This document shows positions 36,770 to 48,914 of a stretch of 64,000 nucleotides of DNA, piece by piece; position 1 is the stretch's first letter; the number at the start of each line of letters is the position of its first letter. Source of the stretch: the human T2T-CHM13v2.0 reference genome, Homo sapiens; the NCBI RefSeq assembly GCF_009914755.1, contig NC_060944.1; one strand, given 5' to 3'. The translations under genes and the position numbers were made by a program. The notes under the pieces are model-generated. The model made no database searches and was not told where the DNA came from. It saw only the letters and a program-made list of their open reading frames with translations.

Positions 36770-37300
36770 AAACCCTGTGAGGAGCAGGTGTTGGCTGGGA
36801 GAGCAGGCGTGTACATGAGCCAAGTGTGCAGTGTCACTTGGTGGGTGTTGAGTGTCAGGGAGATGAGCAGGGAAGGGGGACAGGGCTGGCCTCCCAGACA
36901 TGCAACCAGGACATTCGTACCGGGCCCTGCTCTTGATCGCATGCTCCGCCGTCGTGGCTTCAAACTCTCAATCATTTGAAAACAACCATTCAAGATTTTT
37001 ATTTTTGCACCAGCTCCGGGGATGTGGGGTGTAGGGCTGGGATGCGGGGGTGCAGTCTGGGAAGGCCTTGCTGAGAAGGAGACATGGAGTGGAGGAGGGA
37101 GCCTGGTGGTTAGTGCAGACAGTCAGTGCGAAGGCCTTGAGGCGGCAGCATCTGGCCAGGTGCTGTTTCTGTGCCCATCTGACCGATGAGGAAAGTCGGG
37201 GCTCGGGGTGGGGGGCGGCACGCATCGTGTACCCCACTGTTCTCCCAGCTGTATTCCCCAACTCCGTTCTGGCCCTAACCTGCTCTGCTTGGCCCCACAG

Positions 37301-37604
37301 GCTGACCCCGCACTACATCTACCCACCAGCCATCGTGCAGCCCAGCGTGGTGATCCCAGCCGCCCCTGTCCCGTCGCTGTCCTCGCCCTACATTGAGTAC
37401 ACGCCGGCCAGCCCGGCCTACGCCCAGTACCCACCGGCCACCTATGACCAGTACCCATACGCCGCCTCGCCTGCCACGGCTGCCAGCTTCGTGGGCTACA
37501 GCTACCCTGCCGCCGTGCCCCAGGCCCTCTCAGCCGCAGCACCCGCGGGCACCACTTTCGTGCAGTACCAGGCGCCGCAGCTGCAGCCTGACAGGATGCA
37601 GTGA
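37301..37604 (+). CDS. RBM38: RBM38 exon 4 coding part ([13 protein letters not shown]...YPYAASPA...QLQPDRMQ-stop)
   Basis: Branch point CCCTAAC (37273-37279), ccccacag acceptor; the four exons total 237+124+55+304 = 720 nt = 239 aa; Ser195 in the YPYAASPA motif (37452-37475) falls at the expected residue number. Confidence 0.97.
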
Positions 37605-38410
37605 GGGGCGTTCCTGCCCCGAGGACTGTGGCATTGTCACCTTCACAGCAGACAGAGCTGCCAGGCCATGATGGGCTGGCGACAGCCCGGCTGAGCTTCA
37701 GTGAGGTGCCACCAGCACCCGTGCCTCCGAAGACCGCTCGGGCATTCCGCCTGCGCCCTGGGACAGCGGAGAGACGGCTTCTCTTTAATCTAGGTCCCAT
37801 TGTGTCTTGAGGGAGGACTTTAAGAATGACTGAGAACTATTTAAAGACGCAATCCCAGGTTCCTTGCACACCATGGCAGCCTCTCCTTGCACCTTCTCCT
37901 GCCTCTCCACACTCCAGGTTCCCTCAGGCTTGTGTCCCCACTGCTGCATCGTGGCGGGGTGTCACAGACCCTCTGCAGCCCCTGGCTGCCCTGGACTGTG
38001 CAGAGATGCCTGACTCCAGGGAAACCTGAAAGCAAGAAGTTAATGGACTGTTTATTGTAACTTGATCCTCCCGAGCTGTGAGCGCAGTCTGAGGTGTGAG
38101 GACACGGCCTCCTGTTGGAGTCCCATTTTCTCCATCAGGGCACGTGGGCGGCTTCCTCAAGCCCGGAGGAGCTCCCAGGCGCACAGGGGCCGCCGGTAAC
38201 AGGGGCCGCCGGCCAAAGGCCCCTTTCCAGTCATAGCACTGAAGTTGCAACTTTTTTCTTGTAATTGTTTTGCTACTAAGATAATTTCAGAAGTTCAGTC
38301 TATTTTTTCAGCGGATACTGCCGCCACCAAGAATCCAAAACCTATTTTTGACTTGGAGAGACTTGCTTTTGTTGGTTCCGCCCGTGGAGACGACGATAGT
38401 GTTTCTGTAT

Positions 38411-38416
38411 AATAAA
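38411..38416 (+). terminator. RBM38: RBM38 proximal poly(A) signal AATAAA
   Basis: ctgtatAATAAAgtg with upstream TGTA; downstream sequence is GC-rich, so probably weak. Confidence 0.55.
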
Positions 38417-39008
38417 GTGTCTGCCGGCTCGCGGGCCAGGATCCTCTCGGTGGGATGGGCACCACAGACAGGAGGCCCCTCAGGCCCGTGCGGGCCACTG
38501 TCTGCTGCCGCCTGCCGGGGTGGCAGAGTGAGTTGTCTCAGGACCCCGTCACTGCGACGTTGACACTCCTCTCCCTTCCCTTCCTCCCCAACTCCCCAAA
38601 CACTGTGGAAGGGGAGAAGGAAGTGATCCACAGCATTCAGGCCACTTGGGGTCTAGACCATGGTGGTGCCAGCCTGGGGGGGGCAGTGGCCCTCAGCTCT
38701 GCCCGCTGGAGCGGTTGAGTGCAGAAGGGTGCGCCTCTTCCCTCTACCCCCGCACCACCTGCTGTGTGCCAGCCTGAGACGGTTCCTGCCTGTCTTGGGG
38801 GTTGGTGGAGGGTGGAGGCAGTTCTGCCAGCCGTGGCAGGGCTGCTATGGGGCATCCAGGGCTGTGGGGGTCTGGAGGAGGGGACATGAGGTGAGAGGTA
38901 TCCTGGCCGAGGGCGGGGGGCAGCGGGGGGTCTCCCTCCGGACCTACCTCAGGGAGCTGAGCGTGCAGGCGCTCCAGGGCAGGCCTGGGACAGAGTCAAG
39001 GCTCAGAG

Positions 39009-39069
39009 AATAAAGGTAGCTAATCTCATCATAATATTTTTATTAGAATGTTCTGATGATAAAAATAAA
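39009..39069 (+). terminator. RBM38: RBM38 distal poly(A) signals (AATAAA at 39009 and 39064)
   Basis: Two canonical hexamers in an isolated AT-rich island within GC-rich DNA. Confidence 0.8.
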
Positions 39070-40637
39070 ACTTGTTTTCTTTAAAGAAAAAGTTGATCTA
39101 ATTTTTCTCAAAACGCAGAGCTCCCCTCGTGCCTGTGGGCATCACCCATGCCCCGCCCTCCTGGCTCAGGAACCCAGGATTTCACTGGCAGCCGTGCATA
39201 GAGCGCCTGGCCTGCACCGGCCGCTGAGCCTCAGTAGCAGAACAGACGCAGCCCCTCTTCACACCCGCTAATGCAGGGGAGGCCTGGCGTCCCAGCCGCC
39301 GTGCATCATCCAGCATCAGCTTCAGACCCGGAGAGGACTGCGCTTGGGTTACTTCTTGGCGCTGTGGCTGGGGAGGGGCCTGGACGTGGATTGTGATTGG
39401 CAGCCCCACCAGATCCCTGTGGAATAGGAGGACAGTTCCCCCAGAGAAGGGGGGTTGCCACCAGAAGACCCTGAATGTGGGTTCCTGAGAGGACGTTGGC
39501 AGGTGTCCAGGACAGCTGCCCTTAGGGTAGAGTTGGGAGGGAAGCCTTGGTCTGGGGCTGGATAGTCCCAGCATCTGGAACTCAGAGCTGGGGAAATCAC
39601 AAGGCCTTCATAGAGGAGGTGTCAGGGCTGGAGAATCCATCAACTCCTTCCTTGAATTGCTCACTCACTGTGTCATCCCGAGACGTGTGCTGGGTCACAC
39701 GCAAAGCGCTGGGGATAGAGCAGACAGGGCTGCCCTTTGGGTTTATCATCTGCTGGGGGAGACACAACAATGCCCCAGGGTGATGGAGACTGACAGGTTT
39801 ACGGCAGGGAGGGGATAGGGATTCTGTGGGGGTCTGCACTTCTTCCCAGGCCCTGCCGGCTGGCCCCTCCCTCCCACTGTCTCAGTTTGCAAACGCTTGT
39901 GAGGGGTCAGGGAGGGCAGCATGGGGCTTTCAGCCCGGAGGAGGAGACTTGCTGCAGCTGATAAGAACTTGGGGATCCACGGAGGGGGGCTACGGGTACT
40001 GCCAGGGTTATCGTGAAGGCCACTCGCAGCCTGCAAGTTTCCTGTCACTATCAGCTGGTGACAGCCTCTGGGACAGGCCTTCGGGAAGGCCCTGAGGCCT
40101 TGAAAACATCTCCTGGGTCCCAGGATTGAAGGCTCTGGATAGTGACAAACCCAGGAGAGGGAATTTCTAAGTCACCGAGTTGGGTGGGGAGAGGGGCCGG
40201 CTGAGGGCAGCAGGGATGCAGAGCGCGGCCACCAGCCCCAGCAACAAGGGTCATAAACCCCAGCACTGCAGCACCAACATCTGCCGCCACTGACTCAGGT
40301 CCCCACGCTGTGCCACGCACTTTCATGGATGGTCTCAGTTACCCTCCAGGTATCTCCATTATCAGACCGGTGAACTAAGATGCTTAGGAGTGGAGCCCAC
40401 ATTGCCTGGGCCCCCAAGAGATGCGGTGAGAGGGGCTTGCCTGGAGCTGAAGGGCGTGGGCCTGATTGAGGTGGCCGGGGTGTGCCCAGACATGCAGGCT
40501 GAGCCCAGCCAGGTCCTCCCCGGCCTTGAGCCTCACTGTGCAAGACGGTCGCAAGTGTCCTCCCAAGGCAGGGACTTTCTGTCCTACCCACTGTGTTCCT
40601 AGCAGCCGGCACAGGCCTGTGCCCAGAGGGCCAGATG

Positions 40638-41100
40638 TCATACACACATGCATGCAGATGTATGTTTGTGTATGTATACACGTTAACACACATTATCCCA
40701 GACCCCCATATGCACAGACACATAGACACACACACACACACTGATACAGGCATACCTGTGCATAGATACACATATCCACATGGACATGCATCCACAGACA
40801 CATTAGCACAAACATGTATGTGCTACACACACACTCCCACTCGATATTCAGAGATACATGCACACAGAGAAACAGACACACACTCAGACACACCATCACA
40901 CATACACACGTACACACCCTGGCTCCCACACAGTACATGCACATGCACACGGAGATACGCTTGCACACAAAATTACCTTCAAGGCACACACAGATGTGCA
41001 CACACATATATACATGTGGAGATAGACGTGCACACACCCCATGTACCTACACAAAGATACACACATATGTGCACCCAGACACACATGTGCACACACGTGT
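40638..41100. repeat. Degenerate (CA/TA)n low-complexity tract
   Basis: ~460 bp of mostly alternating purine-pyrimidine; source of the His/Thr- and Cys/Val-rich ORFs. Confidence 0.9.
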
Positions 41101-42479
41101 TGAGTGACAGTACAAGACCCACCCCCATCGTTTGGCTCCACAACAAGTGAGGGTGTTGCGGGGGGCAGCAGCCATGGTTTTGAGGGTTCATTGGCTTGGG
41201 AGAGAGGGAAGTGGAGCAGGTCCAGGCCGGAGGACTCGGGGGGAGAAGAGACGGGCACAGTGAGGGAGTTGCCGTACCTGGCCGCTCACTTGGCTGGGCG
41301 GCAGATGTTGGCTGCCAGTGTCCTTTGGCGCGGGGGAAGACCGCTCATTGCCAGCCCCCTAGTCCTCGAAAAGGTTTCTGTCTGGACATTGGCCCAGGCT
41401 CGGCCAGTGCACAGGCAGGCAGGAAGGGCCGGGGAGCTAACACCCCAGGGCAGCCCTCAGCAGGCCAGAGGGCAGTTAGGGGATAGACGCCCCTCCCTTG
41501 CCACCCTCGGCAGTCACTCTGGGGTGTGTGCCCTGCGCTGGTGCCCTGAGTCCATGACTCCCCCTTCTCTTCACTGCCTCACGTCCTCGATCCCCTGCTG
41601 TGCTTCCAGGGATCCCCTCCTGAAGCAGCTGCCTGTGGGGTTTGCACACCCAGCTGAGACGGCCGTGAGAGACCTCAACGACGGCAGCGTGGGCCAGGCA
41701 CTCAACGTCCCCGGGAGTGGGGTGCCCAAGTCCTGTGGGGCCTGGAGAAGCGCCTGCTTCCCCTTCTTCAAGGAGCTGACAAAGCCCAGAGAGCCTCAGC
41801 AGTGCAGCCAGGGCCATCCCACTAGGCGGGCTTTGCCCACAGGTTGATCCACCTCTGAGCTGTCACCCTCCAAGCAGGCAAGAGGACCAGGCCTGGGAGC
41901 AGAGGCTGAGCGCAACTTCCGGGGCACGTGGCTGCTGTGTGAGCCAGCTGGGGGCTGGGAGAGGCACGCAGGATCCAGAGGGGCCTGAGACCCCACCCCG
42001 CCCCATGGCATTGATTTGGAGACTTCTTGCTGGGGAGGGGCAGTGGTGAGTGAGAGGTGCTTCCCTTAGAGCCCCATTTTCATGCCACTTTCCAGTTGAG
42101 CAAACTGAGGCCCAGAGAGGAAAAAGGGGCTCTCCAAGGCCATTGGGCTGTCACTCCCCTTCTGGGGGTGTAATCACAGAGGGACTGGGCTGGGACAAGG
42201 TGTGGGAACCACAGCCACCGCAGCCCACGAGAAGAAGCCACACAATGGTGAGGTCACCTCCGTGTCACAGCCCTGGCTTGCTCTGCTCTGCCCTGGTGGG
42301 GAGCTTGCCTGGTTGCCATCCTCCTTGAACCTCACCTTCTTCCCTGCATGCATTGAGCTGACCCCTGGGTAGCCCCGCAGGTCCTGCCGGCCCAGCATCC
42401 ACTCCCTTCCTGGTGACAGCACCTGCTTTTCCTTAGGGAGCTGCCCCCGCACCACCCTCAGGCCAGGTGGTTCAATGGA

Positions 42480-43450
42480 GCCACCTCTACCCCTGGCTCT
42501 GCAGCTCAAATAGTCAGCATATTCTACTCCCCTGGACCCTCAGAATGGTTCAGGGATAGACGTGTGACCCAGTGTGGGTCCATGCGAGTCAGTCCTCCTG
42601 GGGGAGGAAAGCTGTCCCTCTGCTGAGGAAGCCAAGCTGGGAGCAGATAAGCCTGAAGCAGCTGGGGGCAGAGAGGAGTTTGTGCTTATGGAGAGGCTGC
42701 CTGAGAAGGAAGCCAGCCCAGGAGAAAGGAGAGCTGAGGAGGAGAGAGGAGCAGAGATAGGGTCTTGGGGACATCTCTGGGGGCTTTTGATCCAGCTATG
42801 CCTGAAGTTAGATCCTGGACCTTTTTAATTTGAGAGCTAATACTTTCCCCCTTTTACTTAAGCCTATTTGATTTGATTTTTTTGTCCCTGGCAACCAAGA
42901 CTCTGGACATATACAACCTCAAAGGGCTGGCATTACTTAGAATTAGGTTCAGCAACTGCAATAGAAAGTCCAAAATTAGGGTGGTTCTTAGCTACCTGTA
43001 ATGCATTTATTTTTCTCATGTAAAATAAGTCTGAAGCAGGCAGTCCAGGACTTGGATGACAGCTCCACAGTCATCAGGAGCTTAGGCCCCTTCCATCATC
43101 CCAGTGAACCATTTCAATGCATGGCTTCCTTCCTTAAGACCATCTTGGGGACCAAGATGGCTGCTGGAGCTCCAGCCATCATGTTCAAGTGCCAGGCAGC
43201 AGAAGAAAGAAAGGGGAAGGCTAGAGTATCTCAAGCCGAGACTTCTCGAGGAGACTTCCCAGAAGTTGCACACAACATTCCTCTTCCATTTCGTTGGCCA
43301 GAACTTAGTCACATGGCCATACTTAACTGCAAGGGATGGTGGGGAATGTCGGTGTTTAGCTGGGGATATAGCTACCTGGAACACAGAAAGCCTTCTGCTA
43401 CCAAGGAAGACACGGGAATGTCCTTATGCAGACAACTTGCAGTTTCTGCC
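42480..43450. mobile_element. Two adjacent old MLT1 LTR remnants, (+) ~42480-42905 and (-) ~42930-43450
   Basis: gatccagctatgcctgaag...ttaagcctatttg...gcaaccaag (+); caagatggctgctggagctccagccatc...ttggccagaacttagtcacatggcc (-). Confidence 0.65.
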
Positions 43451-44819
43451 TCAGGTCCTTCCAGCAGTAAGCTTTGAGTCCATGAGAGTCATGTCCCATT
43501 CATACGTGCTTTATGGAGACTGTTACTGACCAAGCCTGTTACCTCTTTACCTTCACACCAGTGGGGTGCGCTGGGTCTATCCTTATGCCCATTTCACCCA
43601 GGGGGAGATCGCGGCTCAGAGCGCTCACTGCACATGGCCTGAGGTCACCTGGTTCCTTAGGGGCAGTTCCAGGAGGACAGCTCGAGCTTCTGCCTCAGTG
43701 AGGTGTTGGAAGTTTGGCAAACAGTTCTCATCGGACATGGCTGCCCACGTTCCTACAGGACCGGCGGCCCAAGGTGCCTTCGCATTCATGGTCCTTGAGT
43801 GGGAGCTGGGCCTGGGGCCACCAGGAGGTGCCCTCTGATGTGCTCCAGTGTGCTGGCTTGGTTCCTTCTCCTTAGCATCCTCCCACGAGGAGTGGAGTCA
43901 TGGTCCCATTTTACAGAGGGGAAGACAGGCTCAGAGCGGGGAGGTGGCCTGGTGAGGAATAGCTGACCCATCCAGGCTTCGGGCCCGGGTCGGTCTGCCT
44001 CCAAAGCCTGTGTTGTTGGTCTTTGGCTATGTGGCCTCTGGGGAGCTTGCGTGGAACACCTTGACCAGGGCTCAGTCCTGTCTCCTAAGCCCCACCCATG
44101 CCTCCTTCAGGGGTGCAGACCCCCAGCCTGGGCCAGCTGCAGGCAGGGCCAACAAGGGGCAGCAGGAGGGGCTGGATGCTTGGGCCACCTCAGGCGATTG
44201 ACTGAGCCCGGATGTTCCGGCCACCTCAGGTGACTGACTGAGCCACGGTTACATCACCTAGAAATGGGTTAATAACCAAGGTCCTGCCTCCCAGGGCTGT
44301 GGCCGGGATTACAGGGGATGGGTTAGGTAAGGTGCCCCGTGCAGCCCTGGTGTGGAGTAGGCGCCCCTCAGGGAGCCCTCAGCCCCCACTGCTAGCAGGG
44401 TAAGCGAAGCGATGGAGGGTGGGTTTGAGAAGACCCCTGATTCCTGGAAGGCCACCCGCTGTTTTTCAGGGTGCTGCCTGAGGATGACGGACCCATGCTG
44501 CCAATCCAATAAGACAAACCCTCCTGCTTCAGTCTCCCCACCTCTGGAACCGAGGTTGTCCTCAAAGCCCCAGAATGCATGAAAACTGGCATTTATTGGA
44601 GACCTGCCATGGCTTTACACCTGTCATTTCCCTAAACTCTCCCAGCAGCCTGTGAGAAGTTGACTGTGCCCATTTCACAGATGGGAAAACCAAAGCTGAG
44701 CAGATTTGGCCGCCTGCTCCAGGCCAGAGAGCTGGACAGTGGCAGGGCCAGGGCAGAGCTGGGGGTTGGACCCATGCATCCTGAACCTGGAGCCACACGC
44801 CGCTGCACCCTGAGGACTG

Positions 44820-45300
44820 GGTTCTGGCCACCGCACCCATCCTCCACCTTCCTCAGCCAAAGTCAGCCGGGCGTCCTCCCCACCCCTGCCCTGGCTGCTG
44901 AGTCACACTTGTGTTTGTTCCCCAGAGACGTAAACATCCAACCAGGAGCCCCCTGGGCAGGAGGTTGGGAGCCCTCCAGATGCTGAGCGAATAACAGGGG
45001 CAGCTCTCCAGCGTGCCCCGAGGCTGGGTGTTGCATAGGGCACAGCCTGGGGTGGGCACCTGGGCTTCCAGATACCTCCTGGGCCTCCCGCAGGGGCCGA
45101 TAAGTGCCTGGCTCTGCTTATCAGCCCCGTTGCCCTGCCTGCTCCCGCCTCAAGTCCTGGTGTACACATTGGGGTGCACGGTGGCCTGGAGATCATGATG
45201 GGGTGAACCACCCTCCGCCCACAGCCCGGCCCACCAGACAGCTGAGCCTGGTGCAGCAGAAACAACTCAGAGGGTTCCCGGGTGCCTCCTGCTGGCTCCC
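44820..45300. promoter_or_regulatory. Candidate erythroid enhancer downstream of RBM38
   Basis: Perfect NF-E2 site TGCTGAGTCAC (44896-44906), inverted GATAAG (45099-45104) / CTTATC (45117-45122) pair, several CACCC boxes. Confidence 0.7.
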
Positions 45301-46429
45301 TGCTCCAGTGATGGGGGCGTTTTTAGAGAAATTAAAATAAAGATCTTTTTTTCTAAACTATAAAATTAAGACTGTTGGGGGGAAAATGTGACTATTTCCT
45401 TTAATTTATTAAAATAATCTGCATATGTGTATAAAAAGGAGTGGAAGGAAAGAGACCAGGTGTTAATGGTCGTAGGAGGACAGGAGGCTTTTATTTTTTC
45501 TTAACACGGCTCTCTATTTTTCACAGCTGAGAAATGAAAGCCAGCGAATGAGGCTTGGCGTTTGGTCATTTGCTCTTGCATCTGTGTGTGCGCACTCCAG
45601 ACGCTCCAGAGGTTCCAGTGGGTGGTGTCTGTGCCCCTCTCTTCTGCTGACTTTCTGGGTTTCTCTGATAGGCCTGAGCCTGCAGCGGGGTGGGGTTGGG
45701 GTCCAGGCGCTTGTCTATGGGAACCCGCTCTGTCTTCAACCGTGTGACTCAGAACCCAGTTTCCCGGCACACACACAATCACACAATACAAGCCCTCTGT
45801 GACTCTCCACTAAATCCCACTTCCTTGCACAGCCTCCACGGCCAGGGTGAACTGGCCCTGCCACCTGTCTGATCCTGAGAGAGAGAGAGAGAGAGATGGA
45901 GGGAGTCACTCTCTCCTTGTTGTCCCTGAACCCTAACTCAAATGTCAGCCTTGGAGATGCCTTCTGGGACCTCCCTATCTAAGCTATCACCTCCAACCCC
46001 ATCCTTGTTCTCTCATTTGTTTTTCTTTCCAAGCAGCTGTCTCTGGGATAAGGGCCTGGCCTCAGAGCGTCCTAGGCATGAGTCTGGGCTGCCTCTTCTT
46101 CCTCCTCCCTGGGCCTGACAACCTCGCTCCTGGGAAATGGGCTGAGCCTGGGGTTCCTACCCTCCCACGCAGTGGCAGGACCATGCTCCCCAGCAGCCAG
46201 CGTGCCCTGGGATGGCTCGCCCTGCGCAGGTGTGGACAGCCTCTGCCCAGCTTGGAAGCACAAGCCCTCCTGAACCACGGGAGAGCGGAACGTCACCAAA
46301 GGCTGCTTGGCTCCCACAGGCCTAGGTGGAGGTGTGGCCCGTGAAGGCCACAGTCCTGAATCTCAAGCTGAGGTTTAGCAAAAGCCTGCAAGGTAACCAG
46401 GGGCGTGGGGAGCTGTAGTCCTCATCCTC

Positions 46430-46660
46430 AGGGTGGGCAGGGCAGAGAAGCCTGAACTTATCCAGCACTGGGCTTGTGCCAGGCCCTGTGCCCACCACTC
46501 AGCAGCATGGGCTCATCAAATCCACACAACAACCCACTTTATAGATGCAGACACTGAGGCTCAGGCTAGTCAGGGAGTTTTCCCAGGGTCACACAGTGAG
46601 TAGCTGGCAGAGCTGGGCTCCAAACCCCGGGGGATCTGATGCCAAAGCTGCCCTCCTAAC
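46430..46660 (-). mobile_element. MIR SINE
   Basis: ttttatagatgcagacactgaggctcagg...cccagggtcacacag; further MIRs near 17.6, 23.4, 24.8, 24.9, 43.9, 44.7, 59.2 and 62.5 kb. Confidence 0.7.
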
Positions 46661-47060
46661 CTGCAGCTGGGGTCTCCATGGGAGGAGACAATGACCTGTA
46701 TTCTGGTGTGGCCACAGGGAGAAAGGCCACAGAGCCACTAAGAATGATACTGTGGAAGTCTATTTCCCGACACGGAGAGATGGCCACAGAGTACGGTGGA
46801 AGGAAAAAAGCCACCATGAACAGAAGCTTCTCACAATGCTGGGCCCAGAGTTCCTCACAGCAGCAGTGACACCCGTGCTCTCCAGTTTGCTCCAGTCCCC
46901 ACCAATCTTTACTGTGCCTCTCATTGAACCCTGGCAGGCATTTTAACTTGTCGGTTAGGAGTCACAGGAGAGCCAAGTAGAGGAGGAAGCAGGAACCGTG
47001 TACACACGTGCTTTATCCCCCTTGACGTCTTTCTAGAGGACAGTTATGCAATTATGTGAC

Positions 47061-47480
47061 AGATGGAGGGAGGGAGGGACTGAAGAAAGGGAAAAAGAAT
47101 GGGTGGAGGAATGGATAGAGATGTATGGATGGAGGGTGAATGGGAGGATAGATGGATATATGCATGGAGAAATGGTTGGGGAATGGATGGAGGGAGGGAG
47201 GGTGAATGGGAGGATAGATGGATACATGAATGGAGAAATGGATGGGGAATGGATGGAGGGAGGGAGGGTGAATGGGAGGATTGATGGGCAGATGAATGGA
47301 GAAACGGATAGAGGGAAGGAGTGTGAATGGGAGGATTGATGGATACATGAATGGAGAAATGGATGGGGAATGGATGGAGGGAGGGAGGGTGATTGGGAGG
47401 ATTGATGGAAGATGAAATGGAGGGAGGGAGGGAGTGATGGATAAAGGAAGGGATGGATGGGGGGATGAATGGAAAGATAG
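47061..47480. repeat. Purine-rich GGAT/GGAG minisatellite with a ~66-bp higher-order unit
   Basis: GGGTGAATGGGAGGAT recurs at 47134, 47200 and 47266, with degenerate copies after. Confidence 0.9.
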
Positions 47481-47501
47481 AGATATCTTCAACCTTGGTC
47501 C

Positions 47502-48035
47502 CTACTCCAGCAGAGTTAGCTTTGCCTCAGGGGATGGTCTGGTACAAGGGTTAATCATTCAAGTGTTTGGAATCAGACCTGAATGTGAATCTGAGTTTCT
47601 TTCCTGACAAGCTGTGTGACCTTAGGTAAGTCACTCACCTTCTCTGATCTTCAGTTTCCTCATTATTAGAAAGGAAATAATAATACTAGATAACAATAAT
47701 AATAGAATAATAATCCACATTCTATGGATTTGCCTATTCTGGACATTTCTTAAGAATGTCCATGCAATATGTGATCTTGGGGGTTTGGCTTCTTTTATTT
47801 TGCATCAGGTTTTCAAAGTTCATCCATGTTGTGGCATGTGCCAGCCCTTCTACTCCAGCAGAGTTAGCTTTGCCTCAGGGGATGATCTAGCACAAGGGTT
47901 AATAATTCAAGTGTTTGGAATCAGACCTGAATGTGAATCTAAGTTTCTCTCCTGACAAGCTGTGTGACCTTAGGTAAGTCACTCACCTTCTCTGATCCTC
48001 AGTTTCCTCATTAATAGAAAGGAAATAATAATACT
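47502..48035. repeat. 186-bp direct duplication (MIR-containing) separated by a 162-bp insert
   Basis: Copies at 47502-47687 and 47850-48035; 8 substitutions and no gaps by manual alignment. Confidence 0.93.
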
Positions 48036-48914
48036 TTGTAGTGCCTCCTAGAACACGAAGTAGAACAAGCACTTAGGGCCAGGTTTGAGGGAGAAGTTGA
48101 AGGTGGGCCCGCCTTTATTAGGATCCGTGCTGCTGCTACGGTCCTATCAACCCTGCCCTGAGAAAGTGCCCTCTCTGCTTCCGGGCCCTTTGTGTTGAGC
48201 TGGTTAATCGCTCGGGAGACTCGATGGGTTCCCCACCTCCCCACCCCCAGCTCTGAGGATCTTGGGATCTCGCTGGACTGGTGTTAATACCAATAGCATC
48301 CCCTTGCTCACTGCCTCCAACCTCGACCGGACTCTCAGACCCCGCCCAAAGCCACAGCCGCATCTTCGTGACCATGACCTGAGAAGGCTCCTTGCAGCCC
48401 TGCCGCAGAGCAATCCTGTTATCAGGGCTTCCAGCCCTGGCTGCACCTGAGAACTGAGCTGCAGGAGCTGCTAAAAGCAATGCTGCCTGTGCCCCACCCG
48501 GAACCCAGTCTTTGGGAGAAGCGCCTGGCATGAGTATTTTTTTAAGCGCTTCTGACTGATACTAAGGCAAAGCCTGGCCTGAGAATAAAAGAAGCTCTGT
48601 GTTTAGTTTCTTTTCTTTTTAAAATGTTTCTATTTTTTCTTTACTTTTCTGTTTAGTTTCTTCGGCAGTGAAAACAGACTCTGCTGTCTGTAGTTGGATG
48701 AAGAATTCACGTTTGTTTTCCTTTCAGGGTTTTGATGGGTCAGTGTAAAATATGTTTTTTGTTAATCCCCTTGGGTTACAGCTGGTTAGAGTAGGGGGTT
48801 GGGAGCCCCTTCCTCTTACTTTACAGGGCTCCAAAATCCTCCGCAGAGTACAATGTGGGGCTGAATTTTATTATAAGGTAAACTGGTTTAAAAGAATAAC
48901 ACTAAACACAAATC

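Larger units (their letters stand above)
37605..39088 (+). other. RBM38: RBM38 3' UTR
   Basis: Follows the stop codon; contains U-rich blocks (38251-38400) and ends in an AT-rich patch with AATAAA; exact cleavage site estimated. Confidence 0.8.

Noticed and set aside
40593-41258. His/Thr-rich and Cys/Val-rich ORFs that look metal-binding
   Set aside because: Direct translation of the degenerate CA/TG tract
47502-48035. Reading the 186-bp direct repeats as LTRs or a giant TSD of a new mobile element
   Set aside because: Repeats are MIR plus unique flank, lack TG...CA ends and a poly-A, and the insert has a local donor, which favours a repair or replication origin
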